From Oscillospiraceae bacterium (GTDB lineage: Bacteria; Bacillota; Clostridia; Oscillospirales; CAG-382), in NCBI GenBank assembly GCA_015065165.1, contig SVQU01000004.1, positions 26,035-90,034 of the forward strand: DNA of 64,000 nucleotides, in the 5' to 3' direction. This document shows, one piece after another, positions 1-9,026 of the stretch. How positions within the stretch are numbered: position 1 is the stretch's first letter; each line of letters starts with the position of its first letter. The translations under genes were made by a program, and so were the position numbers. The notes under the pieces were generated by a model. The model was not told the DNA's origin and made no database searches. It worked only from the letters and a program-made list of their open reading frames with translations.

Positions 1-1
1 C

Positions 2-190
2 CTTAGAAAGTTCGGTCTTGACGACGAAACCTTCTGTCAGCGACTTCTTGATGAAAAAGGCTGTGCCATAGTTCCCGGCAGTGCCTTTGGTGAAAGCGGA
101 AAAGGCTTTGCGAGAATTTCTTATGCTTATTCTCCCAAGCATATAAATAAGGCTATCGAGCGTATCGAGGCGTTTATTAAAACCTTATGA
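2..190 (+). CDS. C-terminal fragment of a class I/II PLP-dependent aminotransferase (5' end outside window)
   Basis: The frame is open from the window edge and reads ...GCAIVPGSAFGESGKGFARISYAYSPKHINKAIERIEAF..., a typical aminotransferase C-terminus. The TGA stop at 188-190 overlaps the ispE ATG (ATGA). Confidence 0.6.
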   Translation, partial: LRKFGLDDETFCQRLLDEKGCAIVPGSAFGESGKGFARISYAYSPKHINKAIERIEAFIKTL

Positions 191-1026
191 TAATTAAGGC
201 ATTTGCAAAAATAAACCTTACTCTTGATATAACGGGTATTCTGCCGGGCGGCTATCACGCCCTGCGCTCGGTGATGGCACCTGTGTCCCTTTGTGATGAA
301 ATCACTTTGGAAAAATCCGATAAAACCGAATTTTTCTGCAATGTGGAATCTATTTCCACACCCGATAACCTTTGTGTCCGCGCCGCAAACGCCTTTTTGC
401 AAAAAGCAAATATAACCGGCGGTGTGGTGATTAAATTGCAAAAGAATATACCCTTTCCTGCGGGATTGGGCGGTGGCAGCTCGGATGCGGCGGCAGTGCT
501 AAGGGGGATGAACGAGCTTTACGGAAACCCCTTGACAAACGGAGATTTGTTTGCTCTCGCATCAAGTCTTGGCTCGGATATACCCTTTTGCTTGTTGGGT
601 AAACCCGCCCTTTGCGAGGGTAGGGGTGAAATTCTTACACCCCTAAAGGATGTTCCCATATTTACTGTGGTTATCGCTATCGGCGATGGACGTTTGCCCA
701 CCCCCGAGGTGTTTAAAAAGTACGATTCTATGAATCTGCCCGTCAGAAATGATACCGATAATTTCATTTCTGCCTTGGGCAATGGAATTAAAGAAGACAT
801 TGTCGCTTCTATGGGTAATGCCTTTACCTCCGTTGCCGAAGTGTTAGCACCCGAAACGAAAACACTTCGTGATGAAATGCTGTCCTGCGGTGCGCTTGCT
901 TCTCATTTGTCGGGAAGCGGACCTTCGGTTTATGGCATTTTTAAAAACCAAGACCAAGGTATAAAAGCGGCAGAAGCATTGAAAGCCAAAGGCTATTCGG
1001 CGTATGTTTGCGAAACCTTAAATTAA
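187..1026 (+). CDS. ispE: 4-diphosphocytidyl-2-C-methyl-D-erythritol kinase
   Basis: 279 aa. N-terminus MIIKAFAKINLTLDITG and the GHMP-kinase motif PFPAGLGGGSSDAAAVL. Confidence 0.9.
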   Translation: MIIKAFAKINLTLDITGILPGGYHALRSVMAPVSLCDEITLEKSDKTEFFCNVESISTPDNLCVRAANAFLQKANITGGVVIKLQKNIPFPAGLGGGSSDAAAVLRGMNELYGNPLTNGDLFALASSLGSDIPFCLLGKPALCEGRGEILTPLKDVPIFTVVIAIGDGRLPTPEVFKKYDSMNLPVRNDTDNFISALGNGIKEDIVASMGNAFTSVAEVLAPETKTLRDEMLSCGALASHLSGSGPSVYGIFKNQDQGIKAAEALKAKGYSAYVCETLN

Positions 1027-1096
1027 AAGTTAAATAAATGAATTATTCTCCTTTTCGTTGTCTATAATCAAGTCATCACGAAAAGGAGAATCTTAT

Positions 1097-1669
1097 ATGA
1101 AAACAAAATTAATCTGTCTGTTCTGTGCCTGCTTTATACTGCTTAACACCGTGGATATGCTTATCCCTCGAAGCGAGGCAAACATATTTGACAACGCAAT
1201 ACGTCTGCACGTTCTGGCAAACGATAACAGCCAAGAGGCACAAAGCGTAAAGCTTCTCGTTAGGGATGCAATTCTTGAAGAATGCGGCGATATGTTTTCA
1301 GAATGCGGAGACGTGATTTCCGCATCGGCTACAGTCGAGGAAAATATGCCGAAAATCGAATCGGTAGCCAACCGAGTTCTAAAAGAAAACGGTATGGAAT
1401 ATACCGCAAAGGCTTGCTGGGGATATGAAGAATACCCCACAAGGGTTTACGAAAGCTTCACACTTCCCGCAGGGACCTACCGTTCACTGCGCCTTGATTT
1501 GGGCGATGCAGAGGGTAACAATTGGTGGTGCGTTCTTTTTCCGCCGTTATGCACAGGCGCATCATCGGGTGAGAATTTAACTGCGGCGGATATAAACGAA
1601 AAGGATTCATCTGTGTTTACAAACAGAAAATATATTTTTAGGTTCAAATTGCTTGAACTGTTTTGGTGA
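1097..1669 (+). CDS. spoIIR: stage II sporulation protein R
   Basis: Signal-anchor N-terminus. Motifs IRLHVLANDNSQEAQ and NWWCVLFPPLC are typical of SpoIIR. I chose the ATG at 1097 because AAAGGAGA precedes it, rather than the track start at 1058. Confidence 0.85.
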   Translation: MKTKLICLFCACFILLNTVDMLIPRSEANIFDNAIRLHVLANDNSQEAQSVKLLVRDAILEECGDMFSECGDVISASATVEENMPKIESVANRVLKENGMEYTAKACWGYEEYPTRVYESFTLPAGTYRSLRLDLGDAEGNNWWCVLFPPLCTGASSGENLTAADINEKDSSVFTNRKYIFRFKLLELFW

Positions 1670-1673
1670 TATT

Positions 1674-4600
1674 ATGTTACATCGTATAATTGGCTGCTCG
1701 GGCAGCGGAAAAACCGAATATATGCTTTCCAAATTGGGCGAAGCAATAAAAAAGGGCAAAAACTGCTATTTAATCGTGCCCGAACAGCAATCTGTTGATT
1801 ACGAATCAATCCTTTGCGACCGCTTTGGAGACAGAGTAAATCTGTTTTGCGAAGTGCTTAATTTCGAAAGATTGCCAAACCGTATTGCCCGTGAATTCGG
1901 CGGGCTTGCGGTGAATAATATAGATAAAGGGGGGGCTTGCGCCCTCTTGTCCCTTATTGCGGAATCCTTAAAGCCGAAACTTAAGGAATATTCCGCCGTT
2001 GCCACCGAAACGGATTTTGCCGTTTCTCTGTTCGGGTTGATTTCCCGTATGAAAATGGCTATGATAACCCCCGAAATGCTTTTAAATGGGGCAAATAACC
2101 CTACTATTTCCGAAAATACGCGTTTGGTGTCGAAGCTTAACGATATCGCGCTTATTTACGGTGAATATGAAAAAACCTTCGGCAACGAGCTTTTAGACCC
2201 CCGTGATGCGCTGACACGTCTTTCCAAAGAACTTCCCGAAAAGCCATTTTTCGAAAATACCACCGTTTTTATCGACGGATATTATACCTTTACCCAGCAG
2301 GAATATGCCGTTATAAAGCATATTATTGACCAAAGCGAAGAAACTTATATTTCCTTTACCTACGAACAGCAACGGGAATTTTTCGAGGAAAATGAAAAGT
2401 GTGCAGAGCGTATCGGGAAAATCGCAAGAGGTAATTTTGACGATTACATAACAAATGCGCCTAACCGCACAAAATCCCAAAGCGTTGCCTTTATAGAGCG
2501 TAATATATGGAAAAGCCACACCGATAAATTAAATAATGATGACGGTTCTGTCCGCCTTGTTTGCGCTAAAAACCGCTTTGACGAGGTAGAGGCAGCAGCT
2601 TCCCAAATTCTCGATTTTGTTCGCAAGGGCAACCGTTTTGGAGATATAACAATTCTTACCAATAATACCGATAAATACGCATCTATCGTGGATGCGGTGT
2701 TTTCCCGCGGGGGAATTCCTTGTTATACCTCTGCAAAGGAATCACTGGTTACAAAACCCTTGTTTTCCTTCTTGTTCTCGAGCCTTTCGGTTATCATCGA
2801 GGATTTTTCTCTGCGCAGTGTGAAAAGCTATATAAAAAGCGGATATACCGACCTTACCTCTGCCGAAAGCGACGCTTTGTTAAATTACGCCACCTCTTGG
2901 AAATTAAGGGGTAAAAGCTGGTATTCCGAAAACGATTGGACGCTTGACCCCGCAGGTTACCGCGAGGGAGATATGACTGCCCGTTCTCAAAAACAGCTTG
3001 AAACGGCAAACCGGGCGAGATATAAGGTTGTAGAGCCTTTAACGGCACTAAAAGAAACCCTAAAATCAAAGGAGCTTACCGTTTCAATGGCGGTAAAAGC
3101 CTTGTATACCCACCTTATTTCTATGGGGGCGGACGAAAAACTGCGCCTTAAAGCCGAAAAGCTTCTTAACGAAGGCAGGCGCGAGGACAGCGAAAGAGAA
3201 ATCCAGCTTTGGAAGCATATTGTAAATCTTCTCGACCAATTGCATACTCTTTGCGGAGATTGGAAGATAACCCCCAAACGATTGCAGGGATTAATGCGCT
3301 TAATGTGCGATTGTTATTCCCTGGGCGCGATTCCGCCTTCGGCAGATTCCGTAACCTTCGGCTCGGCATCACTTATACGCGCGGGCGGAAGTAAAATGGT
3401 GGTAATTCTCGGCTGTTGCGATGGGGAATTTCCCGCCGCCGTGTCCAAGGGTGGTCTCTTTAATTCTGCCGAGGCTGTTGCCTTGGAGGATATCGATTTG
3501 GTACTTGCCGATACAATGCGAAAACAGCTTAACACAGCGCGGTTTTTCGTTTATTCCGCCCTTTCCGCCCCTGTGGAAAGGTTGGTGTTGCTTTGCCCCC
3601 GCGCCGAGCTGGCAGGCGGTGAATTGCGCCCTTCTTCCGCGTGGCTATCGGTTAAAAATATGTTGCCCGATATAAAGGAAATTGATTTTAAAGAATCGGA
3701 TTTGCTTTATTTCGCCGATGCGGTTGCTTCCAATTTCCCTATGCTTTCGGATAGTAGCCTAAAGAACGAAATCGAAGAAATACTTATTAAGAACAATTTG
3801 CCTTTCTTTAAGGATATCCCCGAAATAACCGATAAAGAATCCCGCGTGGATTATAAGGACGATGTTTTAAAGCTTTCGCCCTCTAAATTCGAAACCTATA
3901 TAAAATGCCCCTTTTCCTTCTTCGGTCAATACGTTTTAGGGCTTCAAACCAAAAAGAATAACGAATTTTCAATGTCCGAAATCGGTAATTTCGTTCACAA
4001 AATTTTGGATATGTTTATGCGCGAATGTGTTTCTACGGGTAAATTCGTGGCATTAGAGCCTGAAAAACGCAAAGAAACCGTAAACCGCTTGGCGCAGAAA
4101 TATCTTACCGATTATATAGGCGAAGAAGCGATGGCGGATAAACAGTTTATGCATATTTACGGCAATATGGTTAAAACCGTCGATTACGTTGCCGAAAGCC
4201 TTTGCAAGGAGTTTTCCGAAAGTAAATTTACGCCGAAGGGCTTCGAGTTTAAAATAGGAATGGGTAAGGATACCGATATCCCCGCCATTCAGTATAGTGT
4301 CGACGGCAAAACGGTTTACCTTCGCGGTTCTATCGATAGGGTAGATACCTATGAATTAAACGGAATAACCTATGTTCGCGTGGTGGATTATAAAACCTAT
4401 TCTAAAAAATTCTCTGCCGATTTGGTGGCATACGGAATCGATACCCAGCTTCTCCATTATCTTTTCGCCTATTGCGACAAAACAAATTCAATGCCTGCGG
4501 GCGCGTTGTATTACACCGTAACTCTACCCAACGTAAATATAAGCGGCTATGAAAACGAAGAAGATATAAAGAAACAACTGGAAAAACAACTCACCCGCAA

Positions 4601-4922
4601 CGGTATCGTTTTGGATAACGAGGAAATTGTTTATGCAATGAGCCCCGATTTGTCCTTTGTACCTGTAACCTATAATAAAACCGAGGGCAGATTAAAATCC
4701 AAATCCTTGCGTAGCGAGGAAGAGTTTAAGGACTTGTCCGAAAACCTGAAAACACAGGTGGAAAGCCTTGCAAACAACGTATTTTGCGGAAATATGGATA
4801 TAAATCCCAACGATTTCGACGGCAAAGCCGACGCTTGTAAATATTGCCCTCTTGGGGAATTTTGCCGCAATAAAGCTGTAAAGGAGGAAGATGAAAGTGA
4901 ACTTTACGACACAGCAGATTAA
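1674..4922 (+). CDS. addB: ATP-dependent helicase/deoxyribonuclease subunit B (AddB)
   Basis: Walker A GCSGSGKT at the N-terminus, RecB-type nuclease motif GSIDRVD...VVDYKT, and the AddB Fe-S cysteines (KCPFSFF ... CKYCPLGEFC). ATG 1674 follows GGTGA. The 3' end overlaps the addA start. Confidence 0.9.
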   Translation: MLHRIIGCSGSGKTEYMLSKLGEAIKKGKNCYLIVPEQQSVDYESILCDRFGDRVNLFCEVLNFERLPNRIAREFGGLAVNNIDKGGACALLSLIAESLKPKLKEYSAVATETDFAVSLFGLISRMKMAMITPEMLLNGANNPTISENTRLVSKLNDIALIYGEYEKTFGNELLDPRDALTRLSKELPEKPFFENTTVFIDGYYTFTQQEYAVIKHIIDQSEETYISFTYEQQREFFEENEKCAERIGKIARGNFDDYITNAPNRTKSQSVAFIERNIWKSHTDKLNNDDGSVRLVCAKNRFDEVEAAASQILDFVRKGNRFGDITILTNNTDKYASIVDAVFSRGGIPCYTSAKESLVTKPLFSFLFSSLSVIIEDFSLRSVKSYIKSGYTDLTSAESDALLNYATSWKLRGKSWYSENDWTLDPAGYREGDMTARSQKQLETANRARYKVVEPLTALKETLKSKELTVSMAVKALYTHLISMGADEKLRLKAEKLLNEGRREDSEREIQLWKHIVNLLDQLHTLCGDWKITPKRLQGLMRLMCDCYSLGAIPPSADSVTFGSASLIRAGGSKMVVILGCCDGEFPAAVSKGGLFNSAEAVALEDIDLVLADTMRKQLNTARFFVYSALSAPVERLVLLCPRAELAGGELRPSSAWLSVKNMLPDIKEIDFKESDLLYFADAVASNFPMLSDSSLKNEIEEILIKNNLPFFKDIPEITDKESRVDYKDDVLKLSPSKFETYIKCPFSFFGQYVLGLQTKKNNEFSMSEIGNFVHKILDMFMRECVSTGKFVALEPEKRKETVNRLAQKYLTDYIGEEAMADKQFMHIYGNMVKTVDYVAESLCKEFSESKFTPKGFEFKIGMGKDTDIPAIQYSVDGKTVYLRGSIDRVDTYELNGITYVRVVDYKTYSKKFSADLVAYGIDTQLLHYLFAYCDKTNSMPAGALYYTVTLPNVNISGYENEEDIKKQLEKQLTRNGIVLDNEEIVYAMSPDLSFVPVTYNKTEGRLKSKSLRSEEEFKDLSENLKTQVESLANNVFCGNMDINPNDFDGKADACKYCPLGEFCRNKAVKEEDESELYDTAD

Positions 4923-7900
4923 TGCTATCGAAACAAAAGAAAAAACTCTCCTTGTCAGCGCGGGCGCAGGTAGCGGTAAAACCACCGTTCTTACAAAACG
5001 CCTTATCGATTACGTTAAAAACGGCGGAAATATAACCCGTTTTTTGGTTGTTACCTTTATGAATGCCGCCGCGGCGGACGTAAAAGCCAAGCTTCAGGAT
5101 GCACTTCTAAAGGAACTTGCGGCAGACCCTGAAAACAAACATCTTTATAACCAAACTCAGCTTATTTCCGAGGCGAATATCTGCACGATTTCTTCCTATT
5201 GCTTGGGGCTTGTTAAAGAAAATTTTGCCCTTTTGGGTATATCTCCAAAGGTTCGCGTTTTGGATGAAACCGAAAGCGCTGTTATGCTTCGCCGTGTAAC
5301 CGACGGACTTATTAAAAAGGGTTATGATGAAGAAAACCCAAGCTTCCTTTTGCTTGCGGATAACTTTACGGGTGATAAAAACGACGAAAAGCTTGCAGAC
5401 GTTATGATGAACCTTTTTAAAACTCTGCAGGTTGTTTTGGACAGGGAAGAGCTGCTTAAAAATTGCGCCGAAAAACTAATTTCTGATGCCGAAATCATCC
5501 GAAATAAAGGTCTTTTCCAAAGCGAATTCGGCAAGGAACTAAAAGAACGTATGTCGTTTCTATATAACGAGCTTCTTGCCTCTGCCGAGGAAATATACAA
5601 CCTTGGCTGCACCTGCGGAGATGACAGATACGTAGCAAATCTTGATACACTTTACAATAAGTGTCAAAACGTGTGCAACGCCATCGATAAAGATTATGTA
5701 AACTATACCTCGGCGGCATACGATTCTTGTAAGCTTCCCACCTTTTATCAGTATAAGTGCGATAAGGAAACCCACGAATATATAAAGGTTGTGAAAAGCG
5801 ATATCGCCGATGCGCTTAAAAAATACTGCGCCGCCTATTGCTGTGGCAGTGAAACACTTATCGCTGAAAGCTTCGAAAAAACTGCCGAAATTATATATTC
5901 CGTCAATAAATTCATAAACGAAATGGAAGAAGAATTCAAAGCGGCTAAATTTGAAATTAACGCTTTGGATTATGCCGATTTCGAGCTTTTGGCGTTGGAA
6001 TTGCTTGAAACCACCGACGAAAAGGGGAATAAGGTCCCCACTGAATTGTGCCTCACAAAGCAAAAGGAATTCGATGAAATTCTTATTGACGAATATCAGG
6101 ACGTAAACCCCTTGCAGGATAAGCTTTTTGCCCTGCTTGCGGGTAAAAGCAACCGTTTTATGGTTGGGGACGTAAAGCAAAGTATTTACCGTTTCCGAAA
6201 TGCCTACCCCGGTATTTTCCTTAACTATAAAAAGGCTTTCCCCGAAATATCCAAATCAGAGGATAGCGAAACCGCTTGTATTTTCCTTCGCGAAAACTTC
6301 CGTTGCTCTAAAACGGTTATAAATTATGTAAACCACGTTTTCCAAACTGTAACGGAAAACACACCTTTTAGAGATGAATACGAGGATGAATGGCTTATTT
6401 ATCCCGAAAAAGGCGAAGAAGAAGCAAAAAAACTTCGTGAGTTTCCCGTTATTTTGGCAATTGCCGAAAAGGAAAAGGACAAGGCAAAGGAGGCTCGCCG
6501 TAACGAGGCAGAATATATCGCCCGGGAGATAACACGTCTTGTGCGAACCGAAACGTCAGCCGACGGAACACCTCTTAAATATTCGGATTTCGCCGTTATG
6601 ATGAGCGCCATGAAGGGTTATTCCTACGAATATGAAAAAGCCTTTAAAAAGTTCGGCGTGCCCTATAAAACCGCCGTATCCTCAAGCTTTTTGGATAACC
6701 CCATAGTAAGCCTTGCGGTTTCGGCATTAAAAACCATCGATGACCCCACAGACGATATATCCCTTTGCGCTTTGTTAAGAAGTCCTATCGGTAAATTTTC
6801 TTCCAACGACCTTTACCGTATACGCAACTTCTTGTTAAATACCGAATTTTATAACGCTCTTTGCAGTTATTCCATCTCAAAGCCCAAGGCGAAAGGGAAA
6901 ATCAAGGGCAAATTCACCTTTAAAAAGAGAATTTCCCCCAACCACACTCTTGCTGTTCGTTGCCGCGAATTTTTAAAGATTCTTGCCCTGTGGCGTGAGG
7001 AAAGCGTTGGTGTAACCTGTAGCGAATTTATAAAAAACTTCTTGGTTTCCTCGGGTTTACTTCGTATTGCCGCCGACGGCGGACGTTCAAGTCTGCTTTT
7101 GCTTTACGAATATTCAACCCATTACGAAAACTCCGTAAATTACGGTCTTTCGGGATTTCTGGATTATCTAAAGGAACTTGCTTCTTCGGGCAAGGAGATT
7201 GCGGACGTTGCCAACGTCGGCGAGGATGACGCGATTTCCTTTATAACCGTTCATAAATCCAAAGGTCTTGAATTTAAGGTGTGTTTCCTTGCGGGTACGG
7301 ATAAAAAATTCCGTTCCAATGCGTCAAATATCAATTTCCGCAGGGGCGAGGGGTTGTATTTCAAGCTTCGCGATAGAGCAAGATTAACCACCTATAACCC
7401 CATTTGCAATAAACTCGCAGTTGAAAAGGAAGCCGAGCAAATGCGCGGCGAGGAATTGCGAAAGCTTTACGTTGCACTTACCCGCGCCAAGGAAAGGCTT
7501 TATATAACAGGCTGTGTGTCCCCCGATAAATTAGAATCTACCTACACTCCGATGAATTCCAACAGCTGGCTGGAAATGCTTCTTTACGTAGATTCCAAGG
7601 GTGAATGCTCCTTTGCCGACAGAATAACCATCACCGAGGCAGAGGGTAAGCAAGGCTATCTTCTTCCCGAATTGAAGAAATACATTACACCTACCGAGGA
7701 AATGAAGGATATAATCAAATTCCGTTATCCTTACGAAACAGCTATAAAAACCGCGGCAAAGGTTTCGGTTTCCGAGCTTCGCGAGGGACTTTTAGAGGAT
7801 GATGAGTATAACCGCACCTATCTTTCAGTGCCCACCTCACGCGTTTCCTTAAAACCCTCCTTTGCAGGAGAGGAATTGGTTGGTGCTACCGATATAGGTA

Positions 7901-8361
7901 CTGCAAACCACCTTTTTATGCAGTTTTGCGATTTTGCATTGGCAGAAAAGGATATCAATGCTGAAATATCCCGCCTTGTGTCGGTTAAAATGCTTTCACA
8001 AAAACAGGCAGAAATGCTTGACGAAAAGGCTTTGAGCAAATTTTTCGCAAGTAACCTTTATATGCGTATTAAAGAATCGAAAAAGGTTTACCGCGAAAAA
8101 AGGTTTTCGGTAAAGGATATTTTCGGCGATAACCAATCGATTTTGGTTCAAGGTGTAATCGACTGCTTCTTCCAAAACCCCGACGGCAGTTATACCGTTG
8201 TGGACTATAAAACCGACCGAGTAAAAAGCTTTGACGAGCTTGCAAAACGCCACGGCATCCAACTTGATTGCTACCGCCGTGCCGTAGAGCGTATGACGGG
8301 CAGTGTGGTTAAAGAGGTTTTGCTTTATTCCTTCGCCTTGGGCGGTGAGGTTAGCGTATAA
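4891..8361 (+). CDS. addA: ATP-dependent helicase/nuclease subunit A (AddA, UvrD/Rep superfamily 1)
   Basis: Motifs GAGSGKT, DEYQDVN, VHKSKGLEF and YVALTRAKE, plus the C-terminal nuclease motif GVIDCFF...VVDYKTD. RBS AAGGAGG at 4881-4887. Confidence 0.92.
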   Translation: MKVNFTTQQINAIETKEKTLLVSAGAGSGKTTVLTKRLIDYVKNGGNITRFLVVTFMNAAAADVKAKLQDALLKELAADPENKHLYNQTQLISEANICTISSYCLGLVKENFALLGISPKVRVLDETESAVMLRRVTDGLIKKGYDEENPSFLLLADNFTGDKNDEKLADVMMNLFKTLQVVLDREELLKNCAEKLISDAEIIRNKGLFQSEFGKELKERMSFLYNELLASAEEIYNLGCTCGDDRYVANLDTLYNKCQNVCNAIDKDYVNYTSAAYDSCKLPTFYQYKCDKETHEYIKVVKSDIADALKKYCAAYCCGSETLIAESFEKTAEIIYSVNKFINEMEEEFKAAKFEINALDYADFELLALELLETTDEKGNKVPTELCLTKQKEFDEILIDEYQDVNPLQDKLFALLAGKSNRFMVGDVKQSIYRFRNAYPGIFLNYKKAFPEISKSEDSETACIFLRENFRCSKTVINYVNHVFQTVTENTPFRDEYEDEWLIYPEKGEEEAKKLREFPVILAIAEKEKDKAKEARRNEAEYIAREITRLVRTETSADGTPLKYSDFAVMMSAMKGYSYEYEKAFKKFGVPYKTAVSSSFLDNPIVSLAVSALKTIDDPTDDISLCALLRSPIGKFSSNDLYRIRNFLLNTEFYNALCSYSISKPKAKGKIKGKFTFKKRISPNHTLAVRCREFLKILALWREESVGVTCSEFIKNFLVSSGLLRIAADGGRSSLLLLYEYSTHYENSVNYGLSGFLDYLKELASSGKEIADVANVGEDDAISFITVHKSKGLEFKVCFLAGTDKKFRSNASNINFRRGEGLYFKLRDRARLTTYNPICNKLAVEKEAEQMRGEELRKLYVALTRAKERLYITGCVSPDKLESTYTPMNSNSWLEMLLYVDSKGECSFADRITITEAEGKQGYLLPELKKYITPTEEMKDIIKFRYPYETAIKTAAKVSVSELREGLLEDDEYNRTYLSVPTSRVSLKPSFAGEELVGATDIGTANHLFMQFCDFALAEKDINAEISRLVSVKMLSQKQAEMLDEKALSKFFASNLYMRIKESKKVYREKRFSVKDIFGDNQSILVQGVIDCFFQNPDGSYTVVDYKTDRVKSFDELAKRHGIQLDCYRRAVERMTGSVVKEVLLYSFALGGEVSV

Positions 8362-8765
8362 TGAGAAAAATCAAGGATTACCCGTTGGATTTTTCTTACA
8401 TAAGGGATTATCCTGACCGCGCAACCAAAACCTTTAAAAAAGCAAAACCGTATAAAGATACCTTTATCGGTCTTGCCGTTCTTGAGGGCTCCTTCCTTTG
8501 TGAAAATTCAAAGGAGATTTACGAATCTCTGCAAATCGGCGAAAAATTAATTGTCAAGCAGGTTGATGGACCAAGGCATAGCTTTCCGCCTTTGATGGTC
8601 TACCGCGAAAACAGCGAGGAAATCGGAAAAATTCCCTCTGCTCACAGCATTTTCCCCAACGTGCTTATAGACCGCGGAATATCCCTTTGGTGCTATGCCG
8701 AGGCAAAAAGCTTCGAATCGGATATTTTGGAAATTGCAGTTTCCATAAACTGCGAAAACTATTAA
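8361..8765 (+). CDS. small cytoplasmic protein, HIRAN-like domain (tentative)
   Basis: 134 aa. The ATG overlaps the addA stop (TAATG). The pattern LQIGEKLIVKQ...PLMVYRENSEEIGKIPSAHSIFPNVLIDRGIS resembles the HIRAN fold signature. This assignment has not been checked with an HMM. Confidence 0.5.
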   Translation: MRKIKDYPLDFSYIRDYPDRATKTFKKAKPYKDTFIGLAVLEGSFLCENSKEIYESLQIGEKLIVKQVDGPRHSFPPLMVYRENSEEIGKIPSAHSIFPNVLIDRGISLWCYAEAKSFESDILEIAVSINCENY

Positions 8766-8930
8766 ATTACCCCCAAAAATTCGTTCCTCATTTTCGGGGA
8801 CCCCATAATTACCCCAAAAATTCGTTCCTCATTTTCGGGGACCCCATAATTACCCCAAAAATTCGTTCCTCATTTTCGGGGACCCCATAATTACCCCAAA
8901 AATTCGTTCCTCATTTTCGGGGACCCCATA
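8766..8930. repeat. tandem repeat, 4 copies of a 41-bp unit (ATTACCCCAAAAATTCGTTCCTCATTTTCGGGGACCCCATA)
   Basis: Copies lie at 8766-8807 (one extra C), 8808-8848, 8849-8889 and 8890-8930. Copies 2-4 are identical. A truncated fifth start sits at 8931-8944. Confidence 0.97.
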
Positions 8931-8946
8931 TTTCACCCCAAAAAGA

Positions 8947-8987
8947 AATGTCAACCCCGATGATGAACGGGGTTGACATTTTTGTTT
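8947..8987 (+). terminator. rho-independent terminator of the addBA operon
   Basis: 13-bp stem AATGTCAACCCCG / CGGGGTTGACATT (8947-8959 / 8968-8980) with an 8-nt loop, followed by TTTGTTT. Confidence 0.8.
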
Positions 8988-9001
8988 ATAAATGCTATAT
9001 T
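8973..9001 (+). promoter_or_regulatory. sigma-A-type promoter for bioY
   Basis: TTGACA (8973-8978), a 17-bp spacer, then TATATT (8996-9001). It lies 25 nt upstream of the bioY ATG region. The -35 box sits inside the terminator stem. Confidence 0.55.
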
Positions 9002-9026
9002 GTAAAAAACAAAAGGAGGGTAGGGA

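Noticed and set aside
8766-8930. Possible CRISPR array or coding repeat
   Set aside because: - The units are directly abutting, so there are no spacers.
- The unit length of 41 is not a multiple of 3. The track ORF 8687..8890 is therefore just read-through of the repeat in shifting frames.
8766-8930. 12-codon mini-ORF (MGSPKMRNEFLG*) encoded once per repeat unit on the minus strand
   Set aside because: - The only SD-like element (GAGGAA) lies about 19 nt before the next ATG, which is too far.
- The minus strand is antisense to the operon 3' UTR and has no visible promoter.
- I treat it as coincidence unless ribosome profiling says otherwise.
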